DNA from: a virus
Lineage: Duplodnaviria > Heunggongvirae > Uroviricota > Caudoviricetes
Virus record (IMG/VR): IMGVR_UViG_3300037067_001516
Direction: 5' to 3' (one strand)
Length of the DNA stretch: 24,282 bases
Shown here: piece by piece, positions 1 to 8,186 of the stretch
Numbering within the stretch: position 1 is the stretch's first letter
Layout: each line of letters opens with the position of its first letter
The notes under the pieces: model-generated
Database searches by the model: none
Told to the model about the DNA's origin: nothing
The model's input: only the letters and a program-made list of their open reading frames with translations
Translations under genes and position numbers: made by a program

Positions 1-237
1 GTCGCATGAAACAAGTTCTCCGAATCCATTATCTTTAATTGCCTTAGCCATTTCTATCGTAGTATCTCCAAGATAGCATCCAGTTTCTAAAACTAATTGT
101 GGTTTTAGTAAACGTATTAATGATCCGATAAACTGTCCAACCTCATTCTCTGCAGATTGTTCATCTCTAGATGTCCATAGTTTATCATTGCGACAAAGTC
201 TATTACGACCGTGTGTATATTTATCTTCTGTTGGCAT
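1..237 (-). CDS. Class I SAM-dependent (O-)methyltransferase, 5' part only (runs off the window)
   Basis: Not in the ORF track. Manual translation from ATG at 237 gives MPTEDKYTHG...EVGQFIGSLIRLLKPQLVLETGCYLGDTTIEMAKAIKDNGFGELVSCD. The VLETGCYLGDT motif I and the preceding LIRLLKP helix are typical of COMT-like/Methyltransf_24 enzymes. Confidence 0.8.
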   Translation of the reverse strand, partial: MPTEDKYTHGRNRLCRNDKLWTSRDEQSAENEVGQFIGSLIRLLKPQLVLETGCYLGDTTIEMAKAIKDNGFGELVSCD

Positions 238-241
238 AGTA

Positions 242-580
242 TTAATTATCTAAGTTAGGTTTGATAACTGTAACCAAAGTCTTTTGTTGCATCTGCTGTT
301 TATATAAATACTTCTTAGCAAATATAAAGATGCATCCATTAAATGATTTTGTTATTTTGTCTTTACCTGGATCTTTCCTTTTTACTGGTAGTTCGCTGTT
401 CCATGCTTTTATTGTTATCTTTTTTATTTTTGTTTCGTCGCATTTGAATCTTTCTATCATTCTTTGTCTTGCGTGTTCGCTTATTAGAAACTCTGGTGGC
501 TGGTCTATTTCCATCGCTACTCTTAGATACTTGTATCTCTTCAACAGAAACTTGATTAATTTTTCTTCGATTCTTTTCAT
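242..580 (-). CDS. Hypothetical protein with HAxxRxxER motif (DUF4258/RelE-like fold)
   Basis: ISEHARQRMIERF and C-terminal LVTVI motifs. The start is most likely ATG at 580 (MKRIEEKL); the track start at 634 overlaps the upstream gene more deeply. Confidence 0.6.
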   Translation of the reverse strand: MKRIEEKLIKFLLKRYKYLRVAMEIDQPPEFLISEHARQRMIERFKCDETKIKKITIKAWNSELPVKRKDPGKDKITKSFNGCIFIFAKKYLYKQQMQQKTLVTVIKPNLDN

Positions 581-989
581 AATCTTTATCATCATATTTA
601 TTTGCTGTATGATTCCATCTGATGATCCTGGCAATTTGCTGTACTAATTTTTCATTTGCAGTTTGTATCTCAGGTGGAGTGGCATACCTGTTAGATGCTA
701 AGTTAAATAATTCTTCTGTTAGACAATGAGTTAACTCATGTGTTATAACTTCTCTCAACATGTTGGGGTTGTTGCCGTATTCTTTTATCAATATTGGGTA
801 GATTGTTATAATAGCGTTGGAATACATATGGCTAACGGCCACTACAGCTAGATGTTTTTCTGAATAAGCGTTAGTTTCACTATCGGTGTCATTAAACTTT
901 ACGTTTATTTTCCAATGCCCCATGAATAAATCCCATCGTAATTCTTCTATTATATCTACTATGATTTTTTTGTAGTTTATTTCTTTCAT
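363..989 (-). CDS. Zn-metalloprotease-like protein (HEXXH)
   Basis: EVITHELTH followed by a downstream E (NEKLV). ATGA overlap with the upstream gene. The basic C-terminal tail overlaps the next gene. Confidence 0.7.
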   Translation of the reverse strand: MKEINYKKIIVDIIEELRWDLFMGHWKINVKFNDTDSETNAYSEKHLAVVAVSHMYSNAIITIYPILIKEYGNNPNMLREVITHELTHCLTEELFNLASNRYATPPEIQTANEKLVQQIARIIRWNHTANKYDDKDYEKNRRKINQVSVEEIQVSKSSDGNRPATRVSNKRTRKTKNDRKIQMRRNKNKKDNNKSMEQRTTSKKERSR

Positions 990-1291
990 TTGTGTTGTGC
1001 GTATAACGCGTTATGTCTTTTAGTAGTCGGGTCTACAATTGTCTCGCCACATTTATTACATCTGAAAAAGTATGCATAGTAAAAGGGTTCTAACAATACG
1101 TCTGGTGTAAGCACTACTTTTAATCTTAACATTTTTTCTTTGCACTTTGGACACTTTGGATCTTTGACAACTGGCTTACTACTTCTAGTAAAGTCAAATT
1201 GGTTTTTACAATTACGGCATGTTACTGTAGTTATGCTGCCGTTAGATTTAAAACTGAATTCATTGTGTCCACACTCACGACAATTTTTCAT
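986..1291 (-). CDS. Double zinc-ribbon protein
   Basis: Four CxxC pairs (CREC, CRNC, CPKC, CNKC); 4-nt overlaps with both neighbours. Confidence 0.7.
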   Translation of the reverse strand: MKNCRECGHNEFSFKSNGSITTVTCRNCKNQFDFTRSSKPVVKDPKCPKCKEKMLRLKVVLTPDVLLEPFYYAYFFRCNKCGETIVDPTTKRHNALYAQHK

Positions 1292-1773
1292 AGTTTTTTT
1301 TCTTTGTCTTTGGTAAGATCAACTAACTTATTAATAAGAATTTTATCTTTTAACTTTTCTGTTATTTGATTTCGCATTCTTTCTAGATATCTTCCAATAA
1401 CTCTTTGCTGTTCTGGTTCAGTAAGTATGGATAATTCTGCTATAGATATTCGTATTTTTGCATCAAGAGAAAGAACAAATTCGTTATTGATTAAGTCTTC
1501 AGTTAATCCTAATGATGTCAACAGCCCTTTTATTTCTTCGCTGACATCGCCCATCCCGTACCATGACTCTTGTCCAGAATAAGTGCTACTGCTTGAAGTT
1601 GTAGTCGCCCAGCTTGTTGGTGGATATGTAGCAAAAGCATGAGTTGTGTTTCCTAACGTAGTGTTAGTTCCCGAAGTAGTTGTCATTTGTGGTTTACTAT
1701 TTGTGTTTTGTTTAGTATTTAAATACTTTTCGAAATTTTTGTATGCTTCTTGTAATTCAAAATCAATGCCCAT
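1288..1773 (-). CDS. Hypothetical protein with Thr/Ser-rich linker
   Basis: ATG at 1773 sits 1 nt after the upstream TAA (1775), so it is a better start than 1836. Confidence 0.65.
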   Translation of the reverse strand: MGIDFELQEAYKNFEKYLNTKQNTNSKPQMTTTSGTNTTLGNTTHAFATYPPTSWATTTSSSSTYSGQESWYGMGDVSEEIKGLLTSLGLTEDLINNEFVLSLDAKIRISIAELSILTEPEQQRVIGRYLERMRNQITEKLKDKILINKLVDLTKDKEKKL

Positions 1774-1774
1774 A

Positions 1775-2209
1775 TTAACTTGATATTTCAATAGGACCGT
1801 TGGTTGGTTTAACCGGTCTGTTGGCTGGTTTAACAACGCTCATATTAAAATTAGATATAGATTTTATTGTTTGACTGCATTCAAACTTAACTTGTTTCCT
1901 TGGAGCAACGGATACTATAATCTGCTGCTTGGTTCGAAAGTCCATGATTTTTTGCTTTCTACGTTTACAATCTACGACTCTGTATCTCCCAAGATAAGGG
2001 ACAAGGCATGCACCTTTTGTCGCGAGATCATGTCTGACAACTGCGGCTGAATGAACAAAAACATTTATAACTTCTATTATACTTAGCCCGGTTCTCAGTG
2101 ACACTTTTTTAAAAAAACTTTCTCTTGTTGACATTTGTTTTATAATATTAATCTTAGGACGATAAACAATAGCACCATGCTTGTCATGTATAGCTACGTT
2201 TCTATACAT
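1775..2209 (-). CDS. HU/IHF-like DNA-binding protein
   Basis: Helix-helix followed by PYLGRYRVV...RRKQ...RTKQQIIVSVAPRKQVKF, matching the HU arm pattern. An alternative start is ATG at 2134 (MSTRE). Confidence 0.75.
   Translation of the reverse strand: MYRNVAIHDKHGAIVYRPKINIIKQMSTRESFFKKVSLRTGLSIIEVINVFVHSAAVVRHDLATKGACLVPYLGRYRVVDCKRRKQKIMDFRTKQQIIVSVAPRKQVKFECSQTIKSISNFNMSVVKPANRPVKPTNGPIEISS
1794..1835. repeat. Imperfect 21-bp tandem repeat (2 copies, 17/21 identical)
   Basis: ggaccgttggttggtttaacc / ggtctgttggctggtttaaca; encodes VKPANRP-VKPTNGP in the HU-like tail. Confidence 0.7.
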
Positions 2210-2241
2210 ATAATACTATTGCTATCGTCGTCCAAAGATTA

Positions 2242-2679
2242 CTATAGTTGTTCTATTATTAAACCTTTTATCAAGCCTTTAGATAGTGGCGCTAGCTGTG
2301 CGAATGCATGACTTGATAAATCTATCTCTATACCAGTGTATTCTTTTGGGCCGTAGTCGTTTATATAAACTACTACTGACTTTCCATTGGCTGGATTAGT
2401 TACCTTAGCCTTTGAATATCTAGTTAAAGTTCTGCTAGCGGCAGTGTCATGATCGACGCTCCATTTAATATTATTCAGATCATAGTCGTACCAGCTGCCT
2501 TCACCAATAGTTATATTTTTATCTTCTTTAACTGGGCATACAACAGGCACGGCATAACTATTTCTTAATATTTCACTCTCTGTTTTGGTAACGTATTGAT
2601 AGGTGTATAGTATCGACCATAACAGTACGGATGCTATTATGAAATATGATTCTATATTTTTTATTTGTTGTTTAAACAT
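2242..2679 (-). CDS. RlpA-like double-psi beta-barrel protein (putative lytic transglycosylase) with N-terminal TM/signal
   Basis: GEGSWY, TAASRT, KVTNPANGKSVVVYINDYGP and IDLSSHAFAQLA motifs; hydrophobic segment at residues ~11-30. Confidence 0.85.
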   Translation of the reverse strand: MFKQQIKNIESYFIIASVLLWSILYTYQYVTKTESEILRNSYAVPVVCPVKEDKNITIGEGSWYDYDLNNIKWSVDHDTAASRTLTRYSKAKVTNPANGKSVVVYINDYGPKEYTGIEIDLSSHAFAQLAPLSKGLIKGLIIEQL

Positions 2680-2785
2680 ATGAAATCTACTGGCTGAGAG
2701 GAATGTAAGTGGGCATTCCCTCAGCTCTCTTAAGACTAGGCAGCCGGGCGATTAACCCAGCCAGCAGATTTCATCTGCTTTTTTT
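2680..2785 (-). promoter_or_regulatory. Structured RNA leader with competing stems directly upstream of the RlpA-like start codon
   Basis: Arms 2680-2696 and 2758-2774 form a 17-bp stem (one G.U) in the minus-strand RNA. There is an inner hairpin 2693-2725 and an alternative hairpin 2763-2779. Confidence 0.65.
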
Positions 2786-2834
2786 GTTTGACCTTTTGTT
2801 TATGCAAAAGTTTTAACTTTTGTTTTCGCTTCAT
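2736..2834 (-). CDS. Small Lys-rich ORF (32 aa), possible leader peptide
   Basis: MKRKQKLKLLHKQKVKQKKQMKSAGWVNRPAA*. ATG lies 2 nt after the helicase stop; below the ORF-track cutoff. Confidence 0.5.
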   Translation of the reverse strand: MKRKQKLKLLHKQKVKQKKQMKSAGWVNRPAA

Positions 2835-2836
2835 AT

Positions 2837-3637
2837 TTATACAGCGATTCTGTTTTCGTCTTCGCTTGATATAGCTTCAACGAAAGTATTATTAACATAA
2901 GATAGTTTTACTTTCTTGCCCATTGTTCCTGTGCGTCTTTGTTTAAGAATAAGAAACCATGATTCATTTTCGTATATCTCGCTTGAGTACCCTTTCTTCT
3001 TAACTCTGTTTATAGCATAGACAGCATCAGATTCCTGGGCGATGAATGAACTGTCTCTTATAGAACTCAACGATGGCTGTTGGTTTGTGTTGTCTTCCCC
3101 CTTAGGTTGGGCAGTGTGGGCTATAAGGAATACTGTTATGTTTAACTTGATTGCTAGTTGTTTTAATCTTCTGCACACATCGCCGATCACAGCTGACTGA
3201 CTTAGGTTTCCTCTAGGTATCATCTCTACTATGTAATGTAGGTGATCAATGAAGATTGCTCTTATGCCAAACTTCTTTATTGCTTCTTCAGTAGCTCGTT
3301 CAACGAAATCGAATCCTACATTGTTACCTTGTTCTGGTATATAGAACAACGGCATTGGTGAATTAAATTTTCTAAGGAATTGCCTAGCTGTCATTTCAAA
3401 AGAAAACCATAAACTTTTCATTTTATTTCTAGCTATGTTTACTGTAAGCGTCTGACAGAAAGACGTTTTACCATGACCGGAGTACCCAGTAACTATTATC
3501 AATTCACCTGGACCAAACCCTTCCGTTAAAACATCTATACCTTTTATCCCGGTAGAGTACCGCGCTTCTTTCGGCAAGCTAGAAAGTTTTTTTTGAAGAT
3601 CATGCGATGAGATTATTATGACCTCATCTTTATTCAT
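2837..3637 (-). CDS. DnaB-like (SF4) replicative helicase, ATPase domain only
   Basis: Walker A GYSGHGKT, FSFEM, IFIDHLH (Walker B), LIAH, IRDSSFIAQESD, KQRRTG. Confidence 0.9.
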   Translation of the reverse strand: MNKDEVIIISSHDLQKKLSSLPKEARYSTGIKGIDVLTEGFGPGELIIVTGYSGHGKTSFCQTLTVNIARNKMKSLWFSFEMTARQFLRKFNSPMPLFYIPEQGNNVGFDFVERATEEAIKKFGIRAIFIDHLHYIVEMIPRGNLSQSAVIGDVCRRLKQLAIKLNITVFLIAHTAQPKGEDNTNQQPSLSSIRDSSFIAQESDAVYAINRVKKKGYSSEIYENESWFLILKQRRTGTMGKKVKLSYVNNTFVEAISSEDENRIAV

Positions 3638-3640
3638 ATA

Positions 3641-3850
3641 TTATAATTTACGATTTATTTCTTCAGCGAAATTTACTTCTTTTAAAAGGCACTCTTCGAA
3701 TTGAGACATTATTTTCTCTGGTGTCGCAGTAGATTCCGTTGGTTTTTCTACTTGGAATGCGTTTGTTTTTTCATTTATACAGTCAAGAGCATGTCTAAGT
3801 CTTGATAATAGTTCACCATAAGGTAATGAAATTTGTGAGTCTGGCCCCAT
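3641..3850 (-). CDS. Hypothetical protein
   Basis: Fills the gap exactly, with TAATATG and TAATATATG junctions. Confidence 0.6.
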   Translation of the reverse strand: MGPDSQISLPYGELLSRLRHALDCINEKTNAFQVEKPTESTATPEKIMSQFEECLLKEVNFAEEINRKL

Positions 3851-3851
3851 A

Positions 3852-4361
3852 TTATTCGTTGTTATTATTAATTAAATATTTATTAAGAATAAAATTACCT
3901 AATGCTATCTTCAACGAACAACCCATTCTCTTACAGTCATCAGAGTTAAGATAGAAGTCGAACAGATCGGCCAGTTGTTCTGGGGTAAATCTTCCTAATC
4001 GTTTTTTAACCATCGCACCATCTGCTCCCCAACTAATCTCTGGTTTAAATCCTTTAATGTTCTGGCAATATTCAATCCATTTGTTTATAACATCTTTTAC
4101 TCTCGGATCAGCTACAGTTTTTTTAGACTGTAGTTCCGTCATAGATGCTATAAGTTTATCAGATTCTATTATGTATTTTGCCTGGTCAGTTTTATTTAGA
4201 AGACTATATATGGTATTCATCTGTCTCTGCCAGCGCTTTGTAAGATCTGCCGGTATAGTCGCACTGCCATCTTTATTAAACGTACAGCTGCCGAGTATAC
4301 ACATCATAGACTTCGACCATTGTTCATGGCATAAAGCTGCCACCTTATCTTTTATTGCCAT
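3852..4361 (-). CDS. Two-domain protein: N-terminal RyR-like phage domain plus C-terminal replication-initiator-like helical domain
   Basis: HEQWS...DGSATIP...RWQRQMNT pattern. The C-terminal VINKW...KPEI...G..VKKRL...F....L resembles phage replisome organiser C-termini. Located upstream of the helicase. Confidence 0.5.
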   Translation of the reverse strand: MAIKDKVAALCHEQWSKSMMCILGSCTFNKDGSATIPADLTKRWQRQMNTIYSLLNKTDQAKYIIESDKLIASMTELQSKKTVADPRVKDVINKWIEYCQNIKGFKPEISWGADGAMVKKRLGRFTPEQLADLFDFYLNSDDCKRMGCSLKIALGNFILNKYLINNNNE

Positions 4362-4365
4362 AGTT

Positions 4366-4707
4366 TTAATTTATTCTAATTATAGATGGCTTTGTCTTTA
4401 TGTATTTAGAAGTAAGTTCATCTATTTTGTTTTTTATAACTTCTATCTCTGCTATGTTTCTATATTCGTAGATGTCTTTATCTAGCATCGACACAGTTAA
4501 GACCACAGGTATCAACGTTATAATAGTATCTTCAGAAAAATTCTGTGAGGTTATGATGCGACCGTTCCAGACTGACGTTATAGGCAAATGTTCCATTGTA
4601 TTAATTCTTTTATTAGAAATAATAGACGGGCACACTGCTTTATTATCGTTATCTTGGACGAGCCAAAACCCTATTGTTGCTTTATAAGTTTGTTTACCTG
4701 TGGTCAT
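4366..4707 (-). CDS. Hypothetical protein
   Basis: Same strand, tight packing with neighbours. Confidence 0.6.
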   Translation of the reverse strand: MTTGKQTYKATIGFWLVQDNDNKAVCPSIISNKRINTMEHLPITSVWNGRIITSQNFSEDTIITLIPVVLTVSMLDKDIYEYRNIAEIEVIKNKIDELTSKYIKTKPSIIRIN

Positions 4708-4715
4708 AATGTGTT

Positions 4716-5300
4716 TTATATTCCTGGATCTGATTTAAATACTTGTTTACAGTCATCGCATTTCCATGCTGTAAACTTTGTGACATTATCGTGAGGACAG
4801 TTGATTACTTCCGCCATTGATTTATCTTTAGTAGAAATTTCATCTGTCAGATCTTTAAATCGTAGTTGTTCAGCTTTCGTGAGCCAATCTTCTATATCTT
4901 GCGTGTTATCTTTCTCTAGCAAAGAAGCTATAAGACCAGACTTTGTCCATCCAATAGCGGCAAGTCGTTTTTCTGGAACATTGAATTTAAGCTGTAGTTG
5001 TTCATATATCTTAATCAATGTATAGGCAGTTCTTTTACGTGATTCCGCAGTACGCCCGGGTATCGGGATATCTTCTCGTTCAATAAAACTAGAGAATGTC
5101 AGTTCGTTAGCAGAATCCTCGTATTTATATGTTTCATTAGAACATATAGTTGAAAGATACTTACCTGCTTGTAGAAATCCGACTTGCCCTATTAGCAAGC
5201 TCGTCTTCAATTTGTCGACTAAAGCTATATGTTGTTTAGCCATATAGACTTCATCGACTATGTCAAACTTCTTTGGTTTTGATAATTTATTATTTGCCAT
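4716..5300 (-). CDS. Hypothetical DNA-binding-type protein with C-terminal Zn site
   Basis: CPH...CDDC at the C-terminus; helical body with IGWTK motif; ATG directly abuts the upstream TAA. Confidence 0.65.
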   Translation of the reverse strand: MANNKLSKPKKFDIVDEVYMAKQHIALVDKLKTSLLIGQVGFLQAGKYLSTICSNETYKYEDSANELTFSSFIEREDIPIPGRTAESRKRTAYTLIKIYEQLQLKFNVPEKRLAAIGWTKSGLIASLLEKDNTQDIEDWLTKAEQLRFKDLTDEISTKDKSMAEVINCPHDNVTKFTAWKCDDCKQVFKSDPGI

Positions 5301-6098
5301 TTAGAATGGAATATTTTTTACATCTATATTATCTTCTGCACTATCCAATGTTTTAGGTTCATCTCCATCATCTACGTCTATAACTGGTTCAGTGTAACCA
5401 GGTTGGATAGACTGTGGATCTTGAGCGTCTTGAGCTGCAATTGAATCACGGCTATGTTGGTTATCAATCTTCTCTAAGACTGTTCCTACTTCTTCTATGA
5501 ACGGCCCGACTTTTTCTAGATCTACAGGTGTGGTTGCGCTAAATACTACTGAGTAGTAGTCGAAACTTTGAGACTCTTCTTTATTAACTGATAGTTCTGT
5601 TTCAAATTCATAGAAAGATTTTTTATCTTTCTCTAATTCCTCTCTGTAAGCTTTGAAAGCTTTCAATGATTTACCTTTAAGCTTCAGTTTATGGACTACA
5701 TTGTTATACAGCACATAAAGTACGACGGATGTTCTAAGTAACGGGTACTTTTCGTACAAGGCGCTACTTGTACCTGTGTCTATTACCTTGGCCTTGCTGT
5801 CTTTCTCTACACAGAATAGGGTTAGAATATCGGCATAACTGTTATGCTCATTCGTGAAATAACTCATGCCTTCTCCGGTAGAATTCTTCTCGTACCATCC
5901 GCATACTCTGCGTGGTCGTAAGATTGTCACCTTAATCGGCGCAGTCAATGCTTTTGGTGCATTGTATCCGCTGGTAGTCTTCTCTACTAGAGAGAAAGTC
6001 CCGCGCGATCCATTGAATTTGATCAATGATGGAGTGTACTTGACTCTAGAAGTAGAATCGTTCCCACTCAGTTTGTCCAGTTGTGTTTTGTCGTACAT
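5301..6098 (-). CDS. Putative ssDNA-binding/annealing protein
   Basis: Beta-rich body, long acidic tail ending DNIDVKNIPF (SSB-like xPF tip); first gene of the replication operon. Confidence 0.6.
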   Translation of the reverse strand: MYDKTQLDKLSGNDSTSRVKYTPSLIKFNGSRGTFSLVEKTTSGYNAPKALTAPIKVTILRPRRVCGWYEKNSTGEGMSYFTNEHNSYADILTLFCVEKDSKAKVIDTGTSSALYEKYPLLRTSVVLYVLYNNVVHKLKLKGKSLKAFKAYREELEKDKKSFYEFETELSVNKEESQSFDYYSVVFSATTPVDLEKVGPFIEEVGTVLEKIDNQHSRDSIAAQDAQDPQSIQPGYTEPVIDVDDGDEPKTLDSAEDNIDVKNIPF

Positions 6099-6150
6099 GT
6101 TTTTTGTTTACTTAGTTTATTAAATTTTTTAATTTGATATTGACATTAAC

Positions 6151-6212
6151 AGTATAGCATACGTACAGAATTTGTCAAGGGGGGTGGTCTCTTTTTGTAA
6201 AGAGGAACAAAA
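6151..6212 (-). promoter_or_regulatory. Sigma70-type promoter P1 with an upstream second -35-like box
   Basis: TTGACA (6178-6173), 16-nt spacer, TGcTATACT extended -10 (6156-6151); TTTACA box 23 bp upstream. Confidence 0.85.
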
Positions 6213-6227
6213 CTCGAACGTTTATGC

Positions 6228-6902
6228 TTAAAATAGAAATGTTTTTAGGTTATCTATGTATTTTGCTACAGATACATCACTTATTATAGCTTGTTCTATC
6301 GCTATATTATCTATTCCTGCAGGGTTGAATGTAGGAACTAGATAAAATTTAGATGATGGAACTTGTACCTTCTTTCGGTTGATCACTTTAGTAATTGGTC
6401 TAACCAGTATAGGATTACCATGCAATTTGGCTAGCATATCATGTTGTTCTTCTAGATTATATTTTGCAAGAACAACTTTAGTTGATTGTTTACCCATTGT
6501 ACATACTACTTTTGGTTTAATTAATTCTAATTGATAGAACAAATGTTTTGAACATGTGCTAAACCATTGTAGATTGATATCAGTAACTCCTCTGATCGAA
6601 CATCTAAGACAAGAAGTTGTGTAAATGTCTTTTCTCTTTATATTGTTTGCTTCTAAAGCTTTTTCAAAAATTGGTTTCGATGCGCCAGAGAATGGTATGC
6701 CAGTTTCACATTCTATATCTCCAACCGCATCGCTTACAAACATTATAGATGCATTCTCATTGCCATTGCCTGTTAATAATTTAGACTTGTATTTGCATAA
6801 CGGGCACAGCTGGCAGTTTTTTATTTGTTGTTGGGCTGATTTTAGGAAGTCTGTTCTGAACATCTCCAAGTTTGTTGCATGTGTCATAAAATTTACAGAC
6901 AT
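6228..6902 (-). CDS. Uracil-DNA glycosylase family 4-like protein with degenerate active site
   Basis: CQLCPLC Fe-S motif, GNGNENASIMFV, GIPFSGAS, QLELIKPKVVCTMG, LVPTFNPA. The start may be ATG at 6863 (MFRTD). Confidence 0.85.
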   Translation of the reverse strand: MSVNFMTHATNLEMFRTDFLKSAQQQIKNCQLCPLCKYKSKLLTGNGNENASIMFVSDAVGDIECETGIPFSGASKPIFEKALEANNIKRKDIYTTSCLRCSIRGVTDINLQWFSTCSKHLFYQLELIKPKVVCTMGKQSTKVVLAKYNLEEQHDMLAKLHGNPILVRPITKVINRKKVQVPSSKFYLVPTFNPAGIDNIAIEQAIISDVSVAKYIDNLKTFLF

Positions 6903-7548
6903 ACTTGCAGAAATTACTTATTTCTCTAGGAGGAAGTATGTCTTTAGCCCAATAATTATTTAACGTTCTTAATTCATCTATTATTTCTTGCAAATATTCG
7001 TTTGTAAAGATAATTATTATTTCGTCGCGTTCTCCAGTGTCTCTATTGATGTAATACATCCTGGCATTTTTGATGTTTGGATACTTCTTTCTAAGAAATA
7101 CATAGTACGAACCAAGTTGGCGCTTATGTTCTGGGAGAACTTTGTCTGGCAATCTGTTTCGTGCCTTAAAAGCCTTGCTATTCTGGTTCTTTATGTCACA
7201 TAGAGTCAACCCATCGGATAACACTACCAGTAAATCAAAGTGCCCACAGTAATGTAGATCTTCTATGATGATTTCGTCTTCCCATGCTACCATTGCTCCC
7301 ATTTGTTCTATTGCAAGTTGCCTCCATGTGTGAGAAGCATGCCCATCTTCGGCATTATTCTTCCATTTATAAGGTACGCTGTTAGAAATACCTGTAGATT
7401 TACGCGACAAATACTGCAATCGTTTACATTTGCCTAGACCACTGGCTGCCCAATAATCGTTGCCTCTTTGCACTGTAGTATTCTGATTTTTCTTATCAAG
7501 ATAATCACAGATAATTTCATCGATACTATTGTATTGGCTGTTTGCCAT
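6781..7548 (-). CDS. Cas4-like PD-(D/E)xK exonuclease (stand-alone)
   Basis: ASGLGKCKR (Cys1), GHASH, GHFDLL, DIK, QLGSY and C-terminal CKYVCKFYDTC (4-Cys Fe-S pattern). Confidence 0.85.
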   Translation of the reverse strand: MANSQYNSIDEIICDYLDKKNQNTTVQRGNDYWAASGLGKCKRLQYLSRKSTGISNSVPYKWKNNAEDGHASHTWRQLAIEQMGAMVAWEDEIIIEDLHYCGHFDLLVVLSDGLTLCDIKNQNSKAFKARNRLPDKVLPEHKRQLGSYYVFLRKKYPNIKNARMYYINRDTGERDEIIIIFTNEYLQEIIDELRTLNNYWAKDILPPREISNFCKYVCKFYDTCNKLGDVQNRLPKISPTTNKKLPAVPVMQIQV

Positions 7549-7756
7549 TATATTGTAGTATTAAATTAATCTTTTCTTTAGCGCGAGCTTCTATTTGGCT
7601 CACTCTGCTCTTAGATACTTTGATGAGGGCGGATACTTCGTCCTGTGATCTAGCAACACCGTCTTCAAAGCCGAATCTTAGCTTAAGAACTTGACGTTCA
7701 TTGCCATTCAAGATCTTAAATACTTTTCCTGAATCCATTATGTCTTGGTAATCCAT
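7526..7756 (-). CDS. Stand-alone sigma70 region-4 HTH protein
   Basis: LNGNERQVLKLRFGFEDGVARSQDEVSALIKVSKSRVSQIEARAKEKI follows the region 4 consensus LxxREREVLxLRFGLxxG...TLEEV...VSRERVRQIExxALxKL. Confidence 0.85.
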   Translation of the reverse strand: MDYQDIMDSGKVFKILNGNERQVLKLRFGFEDGVARSQDEVSALIKVSKSRVSQIEARAKEKINLILQYNGKQPIQ

Positions 7757-7765
7757 TGTTTTTAA

Positions 7766-8179
7766 TTAATCTTGTTTATAATTTACTTCGACTTCACTAT
7801 CGTCCGCCTTATAATGATCTTCCATGTCTTCTGTTATCTCGCTGGCTATCGACATACCATTGAAATCTTTTGGTACTAAACATTTTATTTCTTTTTCGTG
7901 GCAAAACATTACACTTTCTTCATCCCACTTGTCACCTTGATCGATCTTACTGTATTCATGGAGAAAAAATCTATCTCCATTCTTTACAGAAGCACAATCC
8001 GGGCCGCAGGATATGGCTTTGCATACATACTTATGCCCAAGTCTTTGATCATTGAAGCCGTGTATTGTTTCTGGTATAAAGATGCTAGAATTCTTGCTAG
8101 TTAATGAACTTTTGATCCACTTAAAAGCCACGATATCGTGGACGGTTTTGAATTGTTCGTTGATTTGAGTTAGTTTCAT
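7766..8179 (-). CDS. GroES/Cpn10-like protein
   Basis: TVHDIVAFK...SSIFIPET...AISCGPD..SVKNGDRF....YS...FCHEKEIKCLV aligns with the Cpn10 pattern PLxDRVxVK...GIIIP...VxAVGP...VKxGDxV....Y...xxExDILAxV; extra acidic tail. Confidence 0.7.
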   Translation of the reverse strand: MKLTQINEQFKTVHDIVAFKWIKSSLTSKNSSIFIPETIHGFNDQRLGHKYVCKAISCGPDCASVKNGDRFFLHEYSKIDQGDKWDEESVMFCHEKEIKCLVPKDFNGMSIASEITEDMEDHYKADDSEVEVNYKQD

Positions 8180-8186
8180 ATCTTTA

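Noticed and set aside
1288..1836. Track start at 1836
   Set aside because: The extension only reads the HU-like tail repeat in another frame; ATG at 1773 fits the usual coupling pattern.
6781..7548. CRISPR-Cas system suggested by the Cas4-like gene
   Set aside because: No repeat-spacer array or other cas genes in the window; stand-alone Cas4-like nucleases are common in phages.
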